Source: Tubulanus polymorphus (Eukaryota > Animalia > Nemertea). Taken from it: DNA of 64,000 bases. The position numbers and the translations under genes are program-made. The notes under the pieces were generated by a model. The model worked only from the letters and a program-made list of their open reading frames with translations. It did not search any database and was not told the DNA's origin. The stretch covers positions 6,781,950-6,845,949 of the forward strand of contig NC_134026.1 in the NCBI RefSeq assembly GCF_964204645.1, written 5' to 3'. Shown one piece after another: positions 45,701-57,400 of the stretch (the stretch's first letter is position 1; each line of letters opens with the position of its first letter).

Positions 45701-48700
45701 TGATGAAATGCTGCATTGTCTACGTATATTTTGAACGTGTTTCACCTCATAGACCAGTTCACAAAACATGAGTTCAGTTGTTCATACGCGATGACAGCTG
45801 ATTCCTTCGCTTTCAGATAAAGTTTGTTTTCAAAACATAGAATATATACAATATTTAGATCTAAAGACTAAACTACGAGTTGACGATGATTAATACGTCG
45901 TTTGGGAGGGGGGGGGGGGTGGTGGGTAATTCGCAACTTTAAAGATAACACTAAATGATATGGGTGTTGGTGTGTTAAAATGATGAAACGTTGTGTGATT
46001 AAAGACTTTCTATTCCGATTAACAAGATTTTAACTGTTGTTTTTGCTTTGTATTTTCTCTAGGAGTGGGACGACAGGTTGGCTGAAACGGCTCAGAGTTG
46101 GGCGGATAACTGCACAGGTTGGCACGATACAAACAATAACAGACGAATTCAACCGTTTACTAACGTCGGGCAAAATTACGCGGGTAATTATGGAATTGAA
46201 AAGTACGTAATGCCTTATTCGTTAAAATAAAACCCTCAAAAGAAACATCTATTCTTATAGAATATGGCGGTAACATCCAGCTAAAATTACTATTCTTCTT
46301 TGAGCAAATACGTATGTAACAAACAGCAAATTCAGAAATGAAAATACTTGTCCAGATCCGTTTGAGGTACCGGTGATCACCAGTACAAAATAATTGATAT
46401 TTTGAAGTTCCCAGGGCCGAGTTGCACATTTATGACTTAGGTCAAATGTAGAACCAAAATGAGCCAGAAGCTTAGACTGGTCTCAAGTTGTTAGATCGTT
46501 TATGGATCTAAAATCAGTTTAGACTGGTCCTAAGTTGTTATAGAACCAAATTAAGCTTAGACTGGTCTCAAGTTTTAAAATGAGCTTAGTTTGGTCTTAA
46601 AGTTGTTACATTGGCTATAGAACCAAAATGAGCTTAGGCTGGTCTTACGTTGTTAAATTGGCTATGCAACTAGCCCCATGACGCCCCGTGTATTAGACTA
46701 AATTTTAGTAGATAATTTCTATTCGGTTTTTCCAATAGAGCCATCGAATTATGGTTTGAAGAGGGGAAGTCATATCAATACAATTCAACAGGACTCGGGG
46801 AATGTCTGGGTGCAGCTTGTAATCAGTATTTACAGGTAAGAATAATAACTAACAAAACCTAAACTACACGAATTCTACATTAACAACTCGAACTCGTTGG
46901 AAGTCTGTCGTATATACGTAAGTTATAATAGTGGTCATGTTTAAAGCCGTCTAACTGAAGTCAATTACGTGACCGTTATCATCCTAACAATAAGGCACCT
47001 TCTAGGTAAAAACAGAAAGTAAAAAGATAAAAACCTAGCCCGCCTCGCCTACCCGTGACCTCCAGCCCCGCGCGATAACCATCAGAGCACTTGATTGTAG
47101 TGACTGATAACGTGTGTGTGGCCCAATCGGTGCGGTGACCACTCTGAAGCGTATATTTATTAACCGTATCATTCCAATGATAAAATGCTTCCTGTTTTAA
47201 TGACTATTTCCTGTGTAGCTGATTTGGTCCGGAACGAGTAGAGTTGGGTGTGGTTGGAACGTCTGTCCGGACAGGAAGATATCAATGTTGATATGTAACT
47301 ACGCACCAGGGTGAGTATTACATCAGTATCAGTTTTACCAATTGAAAAGTGAATCCAAAGGAAACTCGGGGAAAAAAGTTTGAGGCACACCCAGTTGCAC
47401 AAACCCACACACACATAGAAAAAATTCCAAAAAGGTCATATTTATTTTTTTGAGTTGTGGTATCGTTTATCGACTATACTAGTGCCACTAGTTTACCGAG
47501 TTTATCAGAATATCGAGAAAGCTAAATTCTTGATCCAGTTCCACAGTGTTGTTGGCTAAGATTTGTTTGAAGGCTTTTAAAACATCGGAAGTCGGTTTCC
47601 CATGGAGTCAAACTTGTTTTCACTGCTCGCTGGTTCCACAGTCTGGCGAAGACTCATCAGTTAACTCATTGAAAATAAACAGAAATGTGTAACTGAGTCC
47701 AGAACTGAGTAACCGAGTCCAGAAATGTGTGACTGAGTCGATAACTGTGGAACTGAGTCCAGTTACTGTGGAACTGATACTTACTGATTCATCTCCAAAT
47801 TATAATCTTCCTTACAGAAGTCATACGGGTTACGCCGGAAGTGGAGATCCACCATTTTTAGAAGGAGAAGCGTGTTCGGAATGTCCCGAAGGGCACCCGT
47901 ACTGTTTAGGGAATGCACTCTGCGGTAAAAGAATAATCTAGTGACATTTTTATCAATGTTCCGAAAAAAGCCCGAAAATCTAGAACAGTTTTTTATCCTT
48001 GATAAATATTTATATTTTTATAAGCGCTGAGAGTTTATTTTTCCTTGATCGTAAAAGTTTTAGAATATTTTTAAAATGATTTCATTTGACAGATGTTTCG
48101 GTTCTCAGATTTATGATGATGATTTATTCTAAAACCTGTTGTTTATATTTTTTTTGCAAAATTTTATTCCAGCTTCTAAAAGTGCTGTGAAAAATACTGA
48201 CACTAAATCAGGTATGACTTCATTATTACCAACCCAGTTAACTTAAGAGTCAAAGTCTGATCGGAACTGTGTCCTATTTCACAAAAAGCACCATCAAGAG
48301 AGACTCATCGAGGCTGTAAGTTTGAAACCCACTTTATACAGAATCTGAAATATTAGAATCGAATTTCATTTACGTATCAAGAATTAGAATCAAAATATAC
48401 GACGTGATAGTGGGTTTTAAACTTTTTGTCTGTTCTGCTCGTCTGATTGAGGCTATTCTACAATTGAGCCAAATTAACTGCAAAACTTTATTTAACATTT
48501 GAACGCTATCCGGGAACACTATGGCCCTCATAATTCAAGAGGACGTAATCTTATAACTGTAGCATGTGAAGCTAAATCTGATTTTTTTTTTGTTTGTAGA
48601 ATGTAAAGTGATTCCTTGTTTAAACGGAGCTGTTTTTGATGATGAAAGCTGTTCATGTTTGTGTCCACCTGGAACTGGAGGGGTTTACTGCGAAGGTAAA

Positions 48701-51543
48701 TTCGAGCTCGAATCATCCGAATAATCCCGATGTGTTATCTCAGCCGTTCGGATGAACTCGGAATACCGGAATGATCACTATGTTTACTCTCAGCCGTTCG
48801 GATGAACTTGCATATCCCGAACAATCCCGATGTAAAATCGTATTTTGCTAATTTGATTTCATCATCTTGTTTTATAGAATCGTGTAAAGATCTAAGTGAT
48901 AAATGTATTGAACTGAAAGATAAACAATGTTCCTGGGATTCGCAACTTTATACATTCATGTCTATAAACTGTAGGGTATCGTGTGGTTTGTGTGGTCAGT
49001 ATCGTCACCTGCTCTACCCCAACTCCCTGCCCTCCTCACTCCTCACCTGCCCTACCCCAACTCCCTGCCCTCCTCACTCCTCACCTGCCCTACCCCAACT
49101 CCCTGCCCTCCTCACTCCTCACCTGCCCTATTTCAACTCCTTGCCCTCACAGACTCCTCATCTGCCTTCCCCGACTTCTCATCTGTCCCACTCCCTTCGC
49201 ATGCCACCACCAACCCAACACCCCCTTCAAAATAATAACTAAATTTTAAGCTGTTATAGTTCATTCAAAATTGTTACAAGAACTCAATTCATAAATATCT
49301 TCGTCGATACGTCTAATCGTCGATTCACTTGACTTCCTGTAAACTATATGTTGTTGCTTTTAAAAAGGTAAAGTGAACGGTGAATTCGATTCTGTCAACG
49401 CTGACAAGATTAAAACCAATGTCCGCCTTATCAATAAAAGTAAGTGTAAATGGAGACACGTTCTCATGACGGGTTCTCAATCTGGGTTTAATATGACTCA
49501 GTTAACGTATTGAAGATGAACTGAGTTTACTTCTGAGCTGAATCTCAATCACTTATAACCGGGTTACGGGTGTTGGGAAATATGGAATTGGGTCCTAAAC
49601 TGCAGATCTGGGTCCTAAACTGTGGAACGGGGTCTGAGTCCTGCTGTGTATACAATATTTTGAGCCTGATTTTATGAATTTGTGTTTCAGCTGGAGATTT
49701 TGATTTTGCGGAAGCCATTAAGAACGCTAAGGGTAGGTGAACTAGACGTTGAATTAAGATAACAACCAAATCACTAGACTAAGTTAAGATGTTTGAAGTT
49801 TAAAGCTTACGCTCATTCCTGATTGTCACCTCTTTCATGTTATATTCATATTCAGATGAATGCATTGATAAGTTTCCTGGTAGTTTCTGTTCTCGTTGGA
49901 CCGAACGTGGACTGTGTAAAAGTGCCTCGATATTCATGGACTTCCATTGTTCTAAGTCGTGTAAACGATGTAAACTGATGCGCGAACCTTCTGTCGTCAA
50001 TTACGGTAAGAGAGAGATTAAAGTGCGCGTTAGAACTGGTTTCGTAATCCATAATTATTAAAGGTGAAGATTTCTAACCACGTGATTTCATGAAATATAA
50101 CACTTTATCTCAGTCACGAATCGTGATGGGTTAACCAACGCCAGTTACTGTGTTATGTCTCCCAGAATTCTAACGATCAAGGCCTGCCACATTGAAGACA
50201 AAATTCACAGTGATGAAGATAATGGCTTTTAGATGGCTCATCACATTGAAACGTCATTATTCTCTTAGTTTTGAAAATGGCCCATAGAATTGAGTCTGAA
50301 CGTCAAAAACACCCTTAGTTTTGAAAATGACTAGAATAGTCAAAACATCACTACTCTCTTAGCATTTGAAAATGGCTCTGAAATTTACACAGAATGAATA
50401 ATATTACCACGATAAAACTCTGCCCATCGATGATATTGATTGAACTTATTGTTTAACCATTTCCTAAAGGTGAATGCAAGAATAAACATGATAACGATAG
50501 ACAGTGTGATGAATGGGCTTACTACGGACATTGTGATAAGAGTCCAACATGGATGAGAATATTCTGTTCCAGATCGTGTAATTCATGTCAAAGTTAGTAG
50601 AATTTAACTATCAATTCTCTGGGATATCAAACCAGGTCTTAACAATCGACCGGTTATCAAACAACTATCTGAGATATCCTACACACTTATCCGAGATATC
50701 AAACCAATTATGTGAGATATGAACCGTTCTCTGAGATATTATGATTTGATATCATGTCGTGAAAATTTGGTTCATAATAGCGCAAGTTTTATTCATTATC
50801 GTAGAACTTGGGAAATTATGGATAGATTTTATTTTAATCTGAGTAGATATCCGAAAATTGCAAAATCTCAGTTTCTATTGCACTTGTTGTCTTACTGTCG
50901 CATTAGTGGATCCACAGCGGGGAAACCTCGATTGCCACAGTTGACTGTTAAGTCTTTGGTCCAGTTCCGCAGTTCCGAGTTAACATTTGACTCTGAGTTA
51001 ACTTATTGAAAATATACTATGTTAAACTCACAGTTAACTCTAACTCACAACTGTGGAAGTGGGTCCTGATTATTTTATTCTGGAATTTCAGCTTACAAAG
51101 TCGGATCGTGTGACAACCAGTACGGTAACGATGCATATTGTAACGCATGGGCGCTGCGGGGAGACTGCGACACTAGTGAATACTGGATGAAAACATTCTG
51201 TGCTTCAGCTTGCGATAGCTGCAGCTGGAAAAAACCACAAGCAACAACAAGACCCGCCGCTGCGGTGACATCTGGGCAAAATAGGGGAGGCTCCGAAAAA
51301 GCTACTTCACTCGAAAGCGCTGACATTATGTCGATGAAGGAGCTCAAAGCGGAAGTTGGAAATGAAGTCGACGTCGCTGAAGACAAAAAAGGAAATGACA
51401 TTGCTATTGACACCGGGGATGAAACGGAAAAACAGGAACCGGAAGCTCTTACGAGCGAAAATCAAGAGAAGGCATTTGTACCGACGATAGAAGAAAAAAC
51501 AAGAGATTCGAATAAAAATGTTGATAAAATCAAATCTTCGTAA
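42790..51543 (+). CDS. Secreted CAP(SCP/CRISP)-EGF-4xShKT protein with acidic tail, 554 aa, 12 exons
   Basis: Exons 42790-42999, 46063-46202, 46739-46835, 47219-47310, 47818-47924, 48173-48211, 48600-48695, 48878-48994, 49691-49732, 49856-50005, 50470-50592, 51092-51543 (1665 nt, open). Signal peptide, LDLHNWFR, ASNMIALEWDDRLA, GQN, QLIWSGTSRVGCG, ICNYAPG, EGF exon, four 6-Cys ShK exons. Confidence 0.9.
43795..44030. repeat. ~32-bp minisatellite (gggaccctggaacactgggtctctggttcgct)
   Basis: About seven degenerate units without unique spacers. Confidence 0.9.
49003..49185. repeat. C-rich ~38-bp minisatellite
   Basis: cctcactcctcacctgccctaccccaactccctgccct repeated 3-4 times right after an exon donor. 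Confidence 0.9.
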
Positions 51544-52235
51544 TAATCACATTGTATTAGTTTTTGTAGTTTTGTAATTGATAATTTTCTACAGTTTTTT
51601 ACAAACTTGGAGAAAGTTTCGTAGCGAATTTTACCTAAGTATACACGATATATTATACTAGCTGTATAGATGTATAGTTAGATATCATAACTCAGGATCC
51701 AGTTCGACAGTTCTCGTTTGACTCTAATAGAGCTAAAACATCCGGGAAATGAACTTATGTGTAATGAAATCTGTGGGACTGGATCCAGCACTGTGGAAAT
51801 AGACCCAGAACTGTTGAACTGGGTCTTGAATTGTGAACTGGATCCAGATTGTGGAAATGGATCAAGAACTATCGGACTGGGTCCAGAACAATGGTACTGG
51901 ATGCAGAACAAACTGTAGAACGGAATTATTAGAATTAGATTATCATGTAAAAATTGATAATTCGGGTTACAAATCATCCCTTAAGATAACATTTTGTTAT
52001 CATGAATTTCAGTGAAAATATTCACGAGATTATGTAATGCGATAGTCCGAAGTGTTTTTACAGTGGAACCTCGTTATAACGAATTCGGATACAACGATTC
52101 ATCGGATATAACAAATATAGAATTTTGTCCAAAGTAAGACGATTTGGCTAATTTCATACTGGATATAACGAACTATCGGTTATAACGAATATATTTTCTG
52201 GTCCTGTGAAGTTCGCTGTAACGAGGTTTCCACCG

Positions 52236-52380
52236 TACGGAGCCCCGGAGGTGACGTGGTGAGAAATAAATAAATATTTGTTTCGTTCGAACGAAAAGGT
52301 TATTGCGTTCCCACGAAAATTATTTCGTTCGAAAGAAAAAAAATAAATATTTTTCACCTCGTCACCTCCGGGGCTCCGTA
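52236..52380. mobile_element. IS3EU-like MITE with a 6-bp TSD, nested in the end of a pogo-like MITE (52059-52388)
   Basis: TIR tacggagccccggaggtgacg / cgtcacctccggggctccgta; TSD ccaccg at 52230-52235 and 52381-52386. Confidence 0.85.
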
Positions 52381-52837
52381 CCACCGTATTCGGCTCGACA
52401 TATACGTTTATCAAAACCGACCACATATAAAATAGTCCCATTTGATTCACTTCTTTCCATCCGGTGAAATATTTCGAGAAGCATAATTTGTACATATATG
52501 ATACTGTTAATGTGTAGACATTTTTAACTTTTGTACGAATAGTAATCAAGTAATCGAATTTATGAATTTTTTTTATTTTCCAAGTCGTTGTTCAGAGGGC
52601 CTAAGGATTGTTTGAAAACGGATTTTGTAATTTCAGCTAAACAAACGACGTTTAACTAAATAGGATCCATGCTCAAGGAATACCGGAGACAACTTGATGC
52701 GATGTTTCATGAGCTTAAATCAGTGACAACGACGATAATACATAAAACAAAGGATGGGCCAGAACATGCATAGAGATGAGTTAGCTTGGTATCAAATTAG
52801 ATGTGAAAACAGGTAGCGCTTTATATGTTTACAGATT

Positions 52838-53371
52838 TTATTCGAAATTTCGAAATTTCGCTTCTAGAGCATAGTAGCCTCGGTCCATCGGGTAAATGGG
52901 ATAAGATACTCGTTTACCCGATGAACTTACTACGCACAAGTAGCGAAAACTCGTAATACAATCTAATCTGCCTACTATACAGTGCTGCGTGTTTTCACGT
53001 TTGATTTTAAAACCAACACACCTCCTCTTCGGAATCTTCCGAGAAATTGATACAGTTCGTGATAACGCCCCGACCATGCTTAATGCCACTGCTCACTTAA
53101 CAACAACATGTTCAGAGACCAAATTTGCTCAATCTAACTCAAATTCAATGAAAATACCATTCTTTATGACGCCATATTGTTCATCGGTCTCAACGGTGGC
53201 GTTAAAAAGGACTTTTACCGTAGATAGCTCGAGAATGGAATTGATTCGAAACGTCCCTAATAAAGGTTGATCACACGCTACTGTCTGAATGCTTCAAGTA
53301 CCGGTAAGAAATGCCACGACCAGACTGCCATCTCTTACCCAGTCATCAAAAATACCCATTACCATACCCAT
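52838..53371 (-). pseudogene. Degraded C-type-lectin-like pseudogene
   Basis: GT*SIQTVACDQ..FRINSILEL..V..L (TW..C...I.S..E pattern) and RCVGF...GRLDCITSFRYLC; in-frame stops and probable frameshifts. Confidence 0.5.
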
Positions 53372-54084
53372 TCTACTCCTTACTGGAAATCATAACGGTT
53401 TTCTGTAGACATATTGACGTATTTACCAAATCACGGTCAAGATATTGATTACATAATTTTGCGCGTAGACTCGGGGGCTATCGCAGTCACTGGTCAAATT
53501 AATAAATATTAGATTGGTTTTAGTTGTTTGTTTAAGAGCAATAAAGCGAACCCGGTCGCGACAGACGCATTAATATTGAAGAACATCAACAAATCACTAG
53601 TGGAAGAAATGCAGAAATGTCTTCTCACAGCAGACTGGCAGAAAGTTGTAATTGCCATCTGGGATATCAAATATTTACAAGACGAAAAATCACTGACACT
53701 GAAATGAAATCAAGATTATATCCAGGGGCCAGTTGCACAGTCGTGACTTAAGTCCAAAAGTGGTCTTAAATCTTAAAACTGGTCTTAAATTGTTAGATTA
53801 GCTATAGAACAAAGTTGGTCTTAGACTGGTCTTAAGTCTAAGCCATGACTATGCAACCGGCCCCTGGGTTTATATCCAGTCGGTTCGGGAATCTAGGGTT
53901 TTTATTCAACTCTAATTAACTAAACATAAGGTCTCCGACCCAGTTCCTCAGTTCGAGGATCCAATTCCACAGTAAGGTTCAGGATCCTGTTCCACAGTCT
54001 GAGATCCAGTTCCAAAATTCTGGAATCAGTTCCACAATCCTAGTATTCACCATCTGGAATATTGTATTCTTTGAGTTTGTAGTT

Positions 54085-54142
54085 TATTTCAACGTTTCGA
54101 CTCTATCCCATTAAAAGTCATTTAGTCATCTTCAGGAATACT
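54085..54142 (-). ncRNA. Minimal type I hammerhead ribozyme motif (best-preserved copy)
   Basis: UAUUC-CUGAAGA-U-GACU..AGUC-GAAAC-GUU^GAAAUA: core intact, 4-bp stem II, palindromic ACGU stem III, weak stem I. Confidence 0.55.
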
Positions 54143-54449
54143 GATATCTAGAAATTAAACTAATAAACTGTATATAGCTCTAGGAAACCTTTTTATGCTC
54201 GTTTTTCGTATTGTATTGTGGAATTTTACCGTTGATATGGACATTAGTTAGAATTTGGTTTTATTCGAAATCATTCTCGGTCAATATTTCATCGTCTTCG
54301 GCGGAAGTGAAAATATTGACGTCGCGCCATCGAAACATTATTTACGCGAACGATTAGCGGCACTCAGCAGCAGACGGCAGGTCACGTGATGTCACCATCA
54401 TCCACAAATGGGACCCGATCACTCTGAGTTTAAACGGGACAGACGACAG

Positions 54450-57400
54450 ATGAACATGTTAACCGACGCGATTGTTGTAACGGTATTGCTACTGTTACCT
54501 GCGGTAACAATGGCTCAAACGTTGCACAGAGGTTTCACAACGCAAGAAAAACAAAGGTTACTTGATTTACATAATCTGCTGAGAGCTAAGGTGGCCACAG
54601 GAAGACAAGCTGGTCAACCGCAGGCGGCTAATATGATGGCTATGGTAAGTGTCATTAACTTTCTCGTGATAACTTTTCCAACTTTTCCAATAAAACTATT
54701 CGATTGATTCAAATCATACAAATTCTAAGATCGTAAAGATTTTCACCAAACATTTCCCTAAAAAAATAGAATAAAAACAAAAAATTGAGCTCTGAATAAA
54801 ATGTGAAAAGAAAATATGAAATGAAAAAAGAAATTTACAGTTATCTGAATATAAACCAAGATATAATAATAACCTGATTAGCTTAAACTTCATGGAATAA
54901 ACTGATTAAAAAACTCATATTCAACTATATATATTTAGGTTCTACAAAATTCGTATTACCTTTTTAAATATAGATTGATAGAGGCAGGATAAAAATGATC
55001 CCGAATAAGCAAATTTATGGGAAAATTGATGTCTACTTGGGTTCATCAATGGGTTCGAATCAAAAATGGTCGAAAACCATGAACACGTAGATATGAAAAA
55101 TCTATAGAAAAATCAGAAATCGCTAAATATGTCCCTAATTAGTACTGTTGATTGCAGTACATAATTTGTCATCATCAAAACATCGCATCAATGCATCGGA
55201 AACAAAATGATGACATTACGAATACTGTTAACTTGACCTTTTTGACTTAATTCCAAAATTACCCATTTATTCGTCGCTATTTGGCCTTGTATCGAGGTTT
55301 TGACCCCTTTGATTATTTTATGATGTATTGTACTCTCTGCTCTACGGGACTCGAGCCCTTTTGTTGATAGAAATGGGTGGGTCATCAGTTCAAAGTTTCC
55401 CTATCTTGAAATAATGATGACTGTCCCTTTTATCGTCTTGTTTATTTGATTGATTTATTTGGAATTTCGGTTCCACTCGGGGTTACAAAATCAAATTTGA
55501 AACAATCAAATTTGCACTTAAAACGGCACTCTATTCAAAAGCATTTTAGTTAAGTTGTCATTTCTGTAGGCCCTATGCATATTCTGAGTCATCTTCACCC
55601 GTCAAGGGATTCGAACCCACTACGCTAAAGCTGTTCCCCAAACAAGCTGGTGGAAGCGAGTTCGGGAGTGATACCGGACTCCTGGCAAGCGAGGATGATT
55701 GTGAGTTGAGAATAGGAAAATAGATGGTACAATACGTAGTCTGACTTGGCGGTTAACTGAGTTGACTACTCCTACCGAGTAAGGAGATATTCTTCCATAT
55801 CTCTAAATTACGTTGATCCGACATCTAGAAGATCTACGTTTCTAATTTAAGAAAGGAGTTTCCAGTGTATTTCCAGTGTTTTATCATTCTTTATTTCAAC
55901 AACGAATTGAAAATTAGAAAAATACGATGGTTTTTCCAAATAAAACTATAGTAAGGAACTAAAACCGGGTCGGTTAACCGAATTGACGGGTACAGAGTAG
56001 GGGTAGGAGTCTTCTGTAACATCGTATCTTGGCCAGTGCATAAAGATTCTGTATTTAGAGATCTATCTATAATGCAGGAATGGGATGATCGTCTGGTCAG
56101 ATCGTCACAGAACTGGGCGACCCAATGTCAAGGTTGGCACAATGATAATCGCGACAGAATGTTCAAACCTTACCCTCACGTCGGACAGAACTATGCTGGC
56201 AACTATGGCATCGTCAAGTAAGTCTGTTTTACTGTTAAATCCTTCCGAAAAGATGGCTGCTTGCATAAATCCCCATATGACATCATCAATCAACCATGAA
56301 TTGACTTAATTTTGAAAATATTTAATGTCAGATTCTATGTTCATGACTGCGGATCTAGTTCCGGATTGATGAGGAAATTTCTTATTGGGTTGTGAAGTTT
56401 TATGAGTTTTTGAGGGAATTTTACACCTATCATGAAAGAAACATCGAAATAGTTTTTTAAAAATCAAATCGTCCATATTCCATCAGACAAATATTATGAT
56501 TATCAAACAGCATTAAGTCAGTCAAACAAAATCCAATCAATTTAGAACCATTAAAATTCCCCAATGCGCAGAATAGATTCTTCATCTTCTGCTGTTGTAT
56601 GAATTTATCGGATATTTCCGTGACTAATCGGGCATTTTCGTGATACAACTCTTTCCAACTGTTAGATGAGAAATAGATTATTATCGAACTCAGGATGATT
56701 TAAGCATTTTTCTAAATTCACTTTGGTTCCGTTTATCGGAATCATTAGTACATAAATTAGTGTATCCCGGGGTGATTAATCCGAATTACACCCTGGACAT
56801 TAGATTTAATGTTAGCTTTATTAACCCCAGGAGTAGACTTTGGAATATGTTTATTACCATTAATTACAATTGATAAAATTAACGGGATTAGATGAAATTA
56901 TCAAAATCGTTGGCAGATTGTGCTTAAGTGCTCTTTATTGTATGTTTTAGGAGTATGAAAGTGTGGTTTGAGGAGGTGAAATATTTCCATTATAACACGG
57001 GTTATTGCAGTAAGAGTCCGTGTGGACATTATACACAAGTACGTATCGTATCTTACCCTGTAGGACTATCACATTCATAAGAATCCCAGTTGTCTGTTTA
57101 ATACGAGACTTATTCTACTGAGAACTATGATAATCGACACAGAATAACAGTCCACGTGGGTCCCCAGTTAACAATTGTTATCCAGTTCCACAGTTCCCCG
57201 TTTGGGAGACCTCGATGGTAAGGCAGGGGCCCTAAATCCCCCCTGCAACAAACCCCTATACATTCACCAAACTAAACCCTCCGAAATTTCTATATTTTGT
57301 TTATGTTTGTATACAGTTGATTTGGTGGAATTCGGCACTGGTCGGCTGCGGTTATGATGACTGTAAGGGAAGAAGAGATATGACAACACTTTATTGTGAC

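Noticed and set aside
48981-49249. Pro-rich ORFs
   Set aside because: Read-through into an intronic minisatellite past the 48994 donor.
52838-53371. Selenoprotein or TGA recoding, since all three in-frame stops are TGA
   Set aside because: Stops fall at Trp-like rather than Cys positions, the third is explained by a 1-bp deletion in TGG AGC, and no SECIS was recognised.
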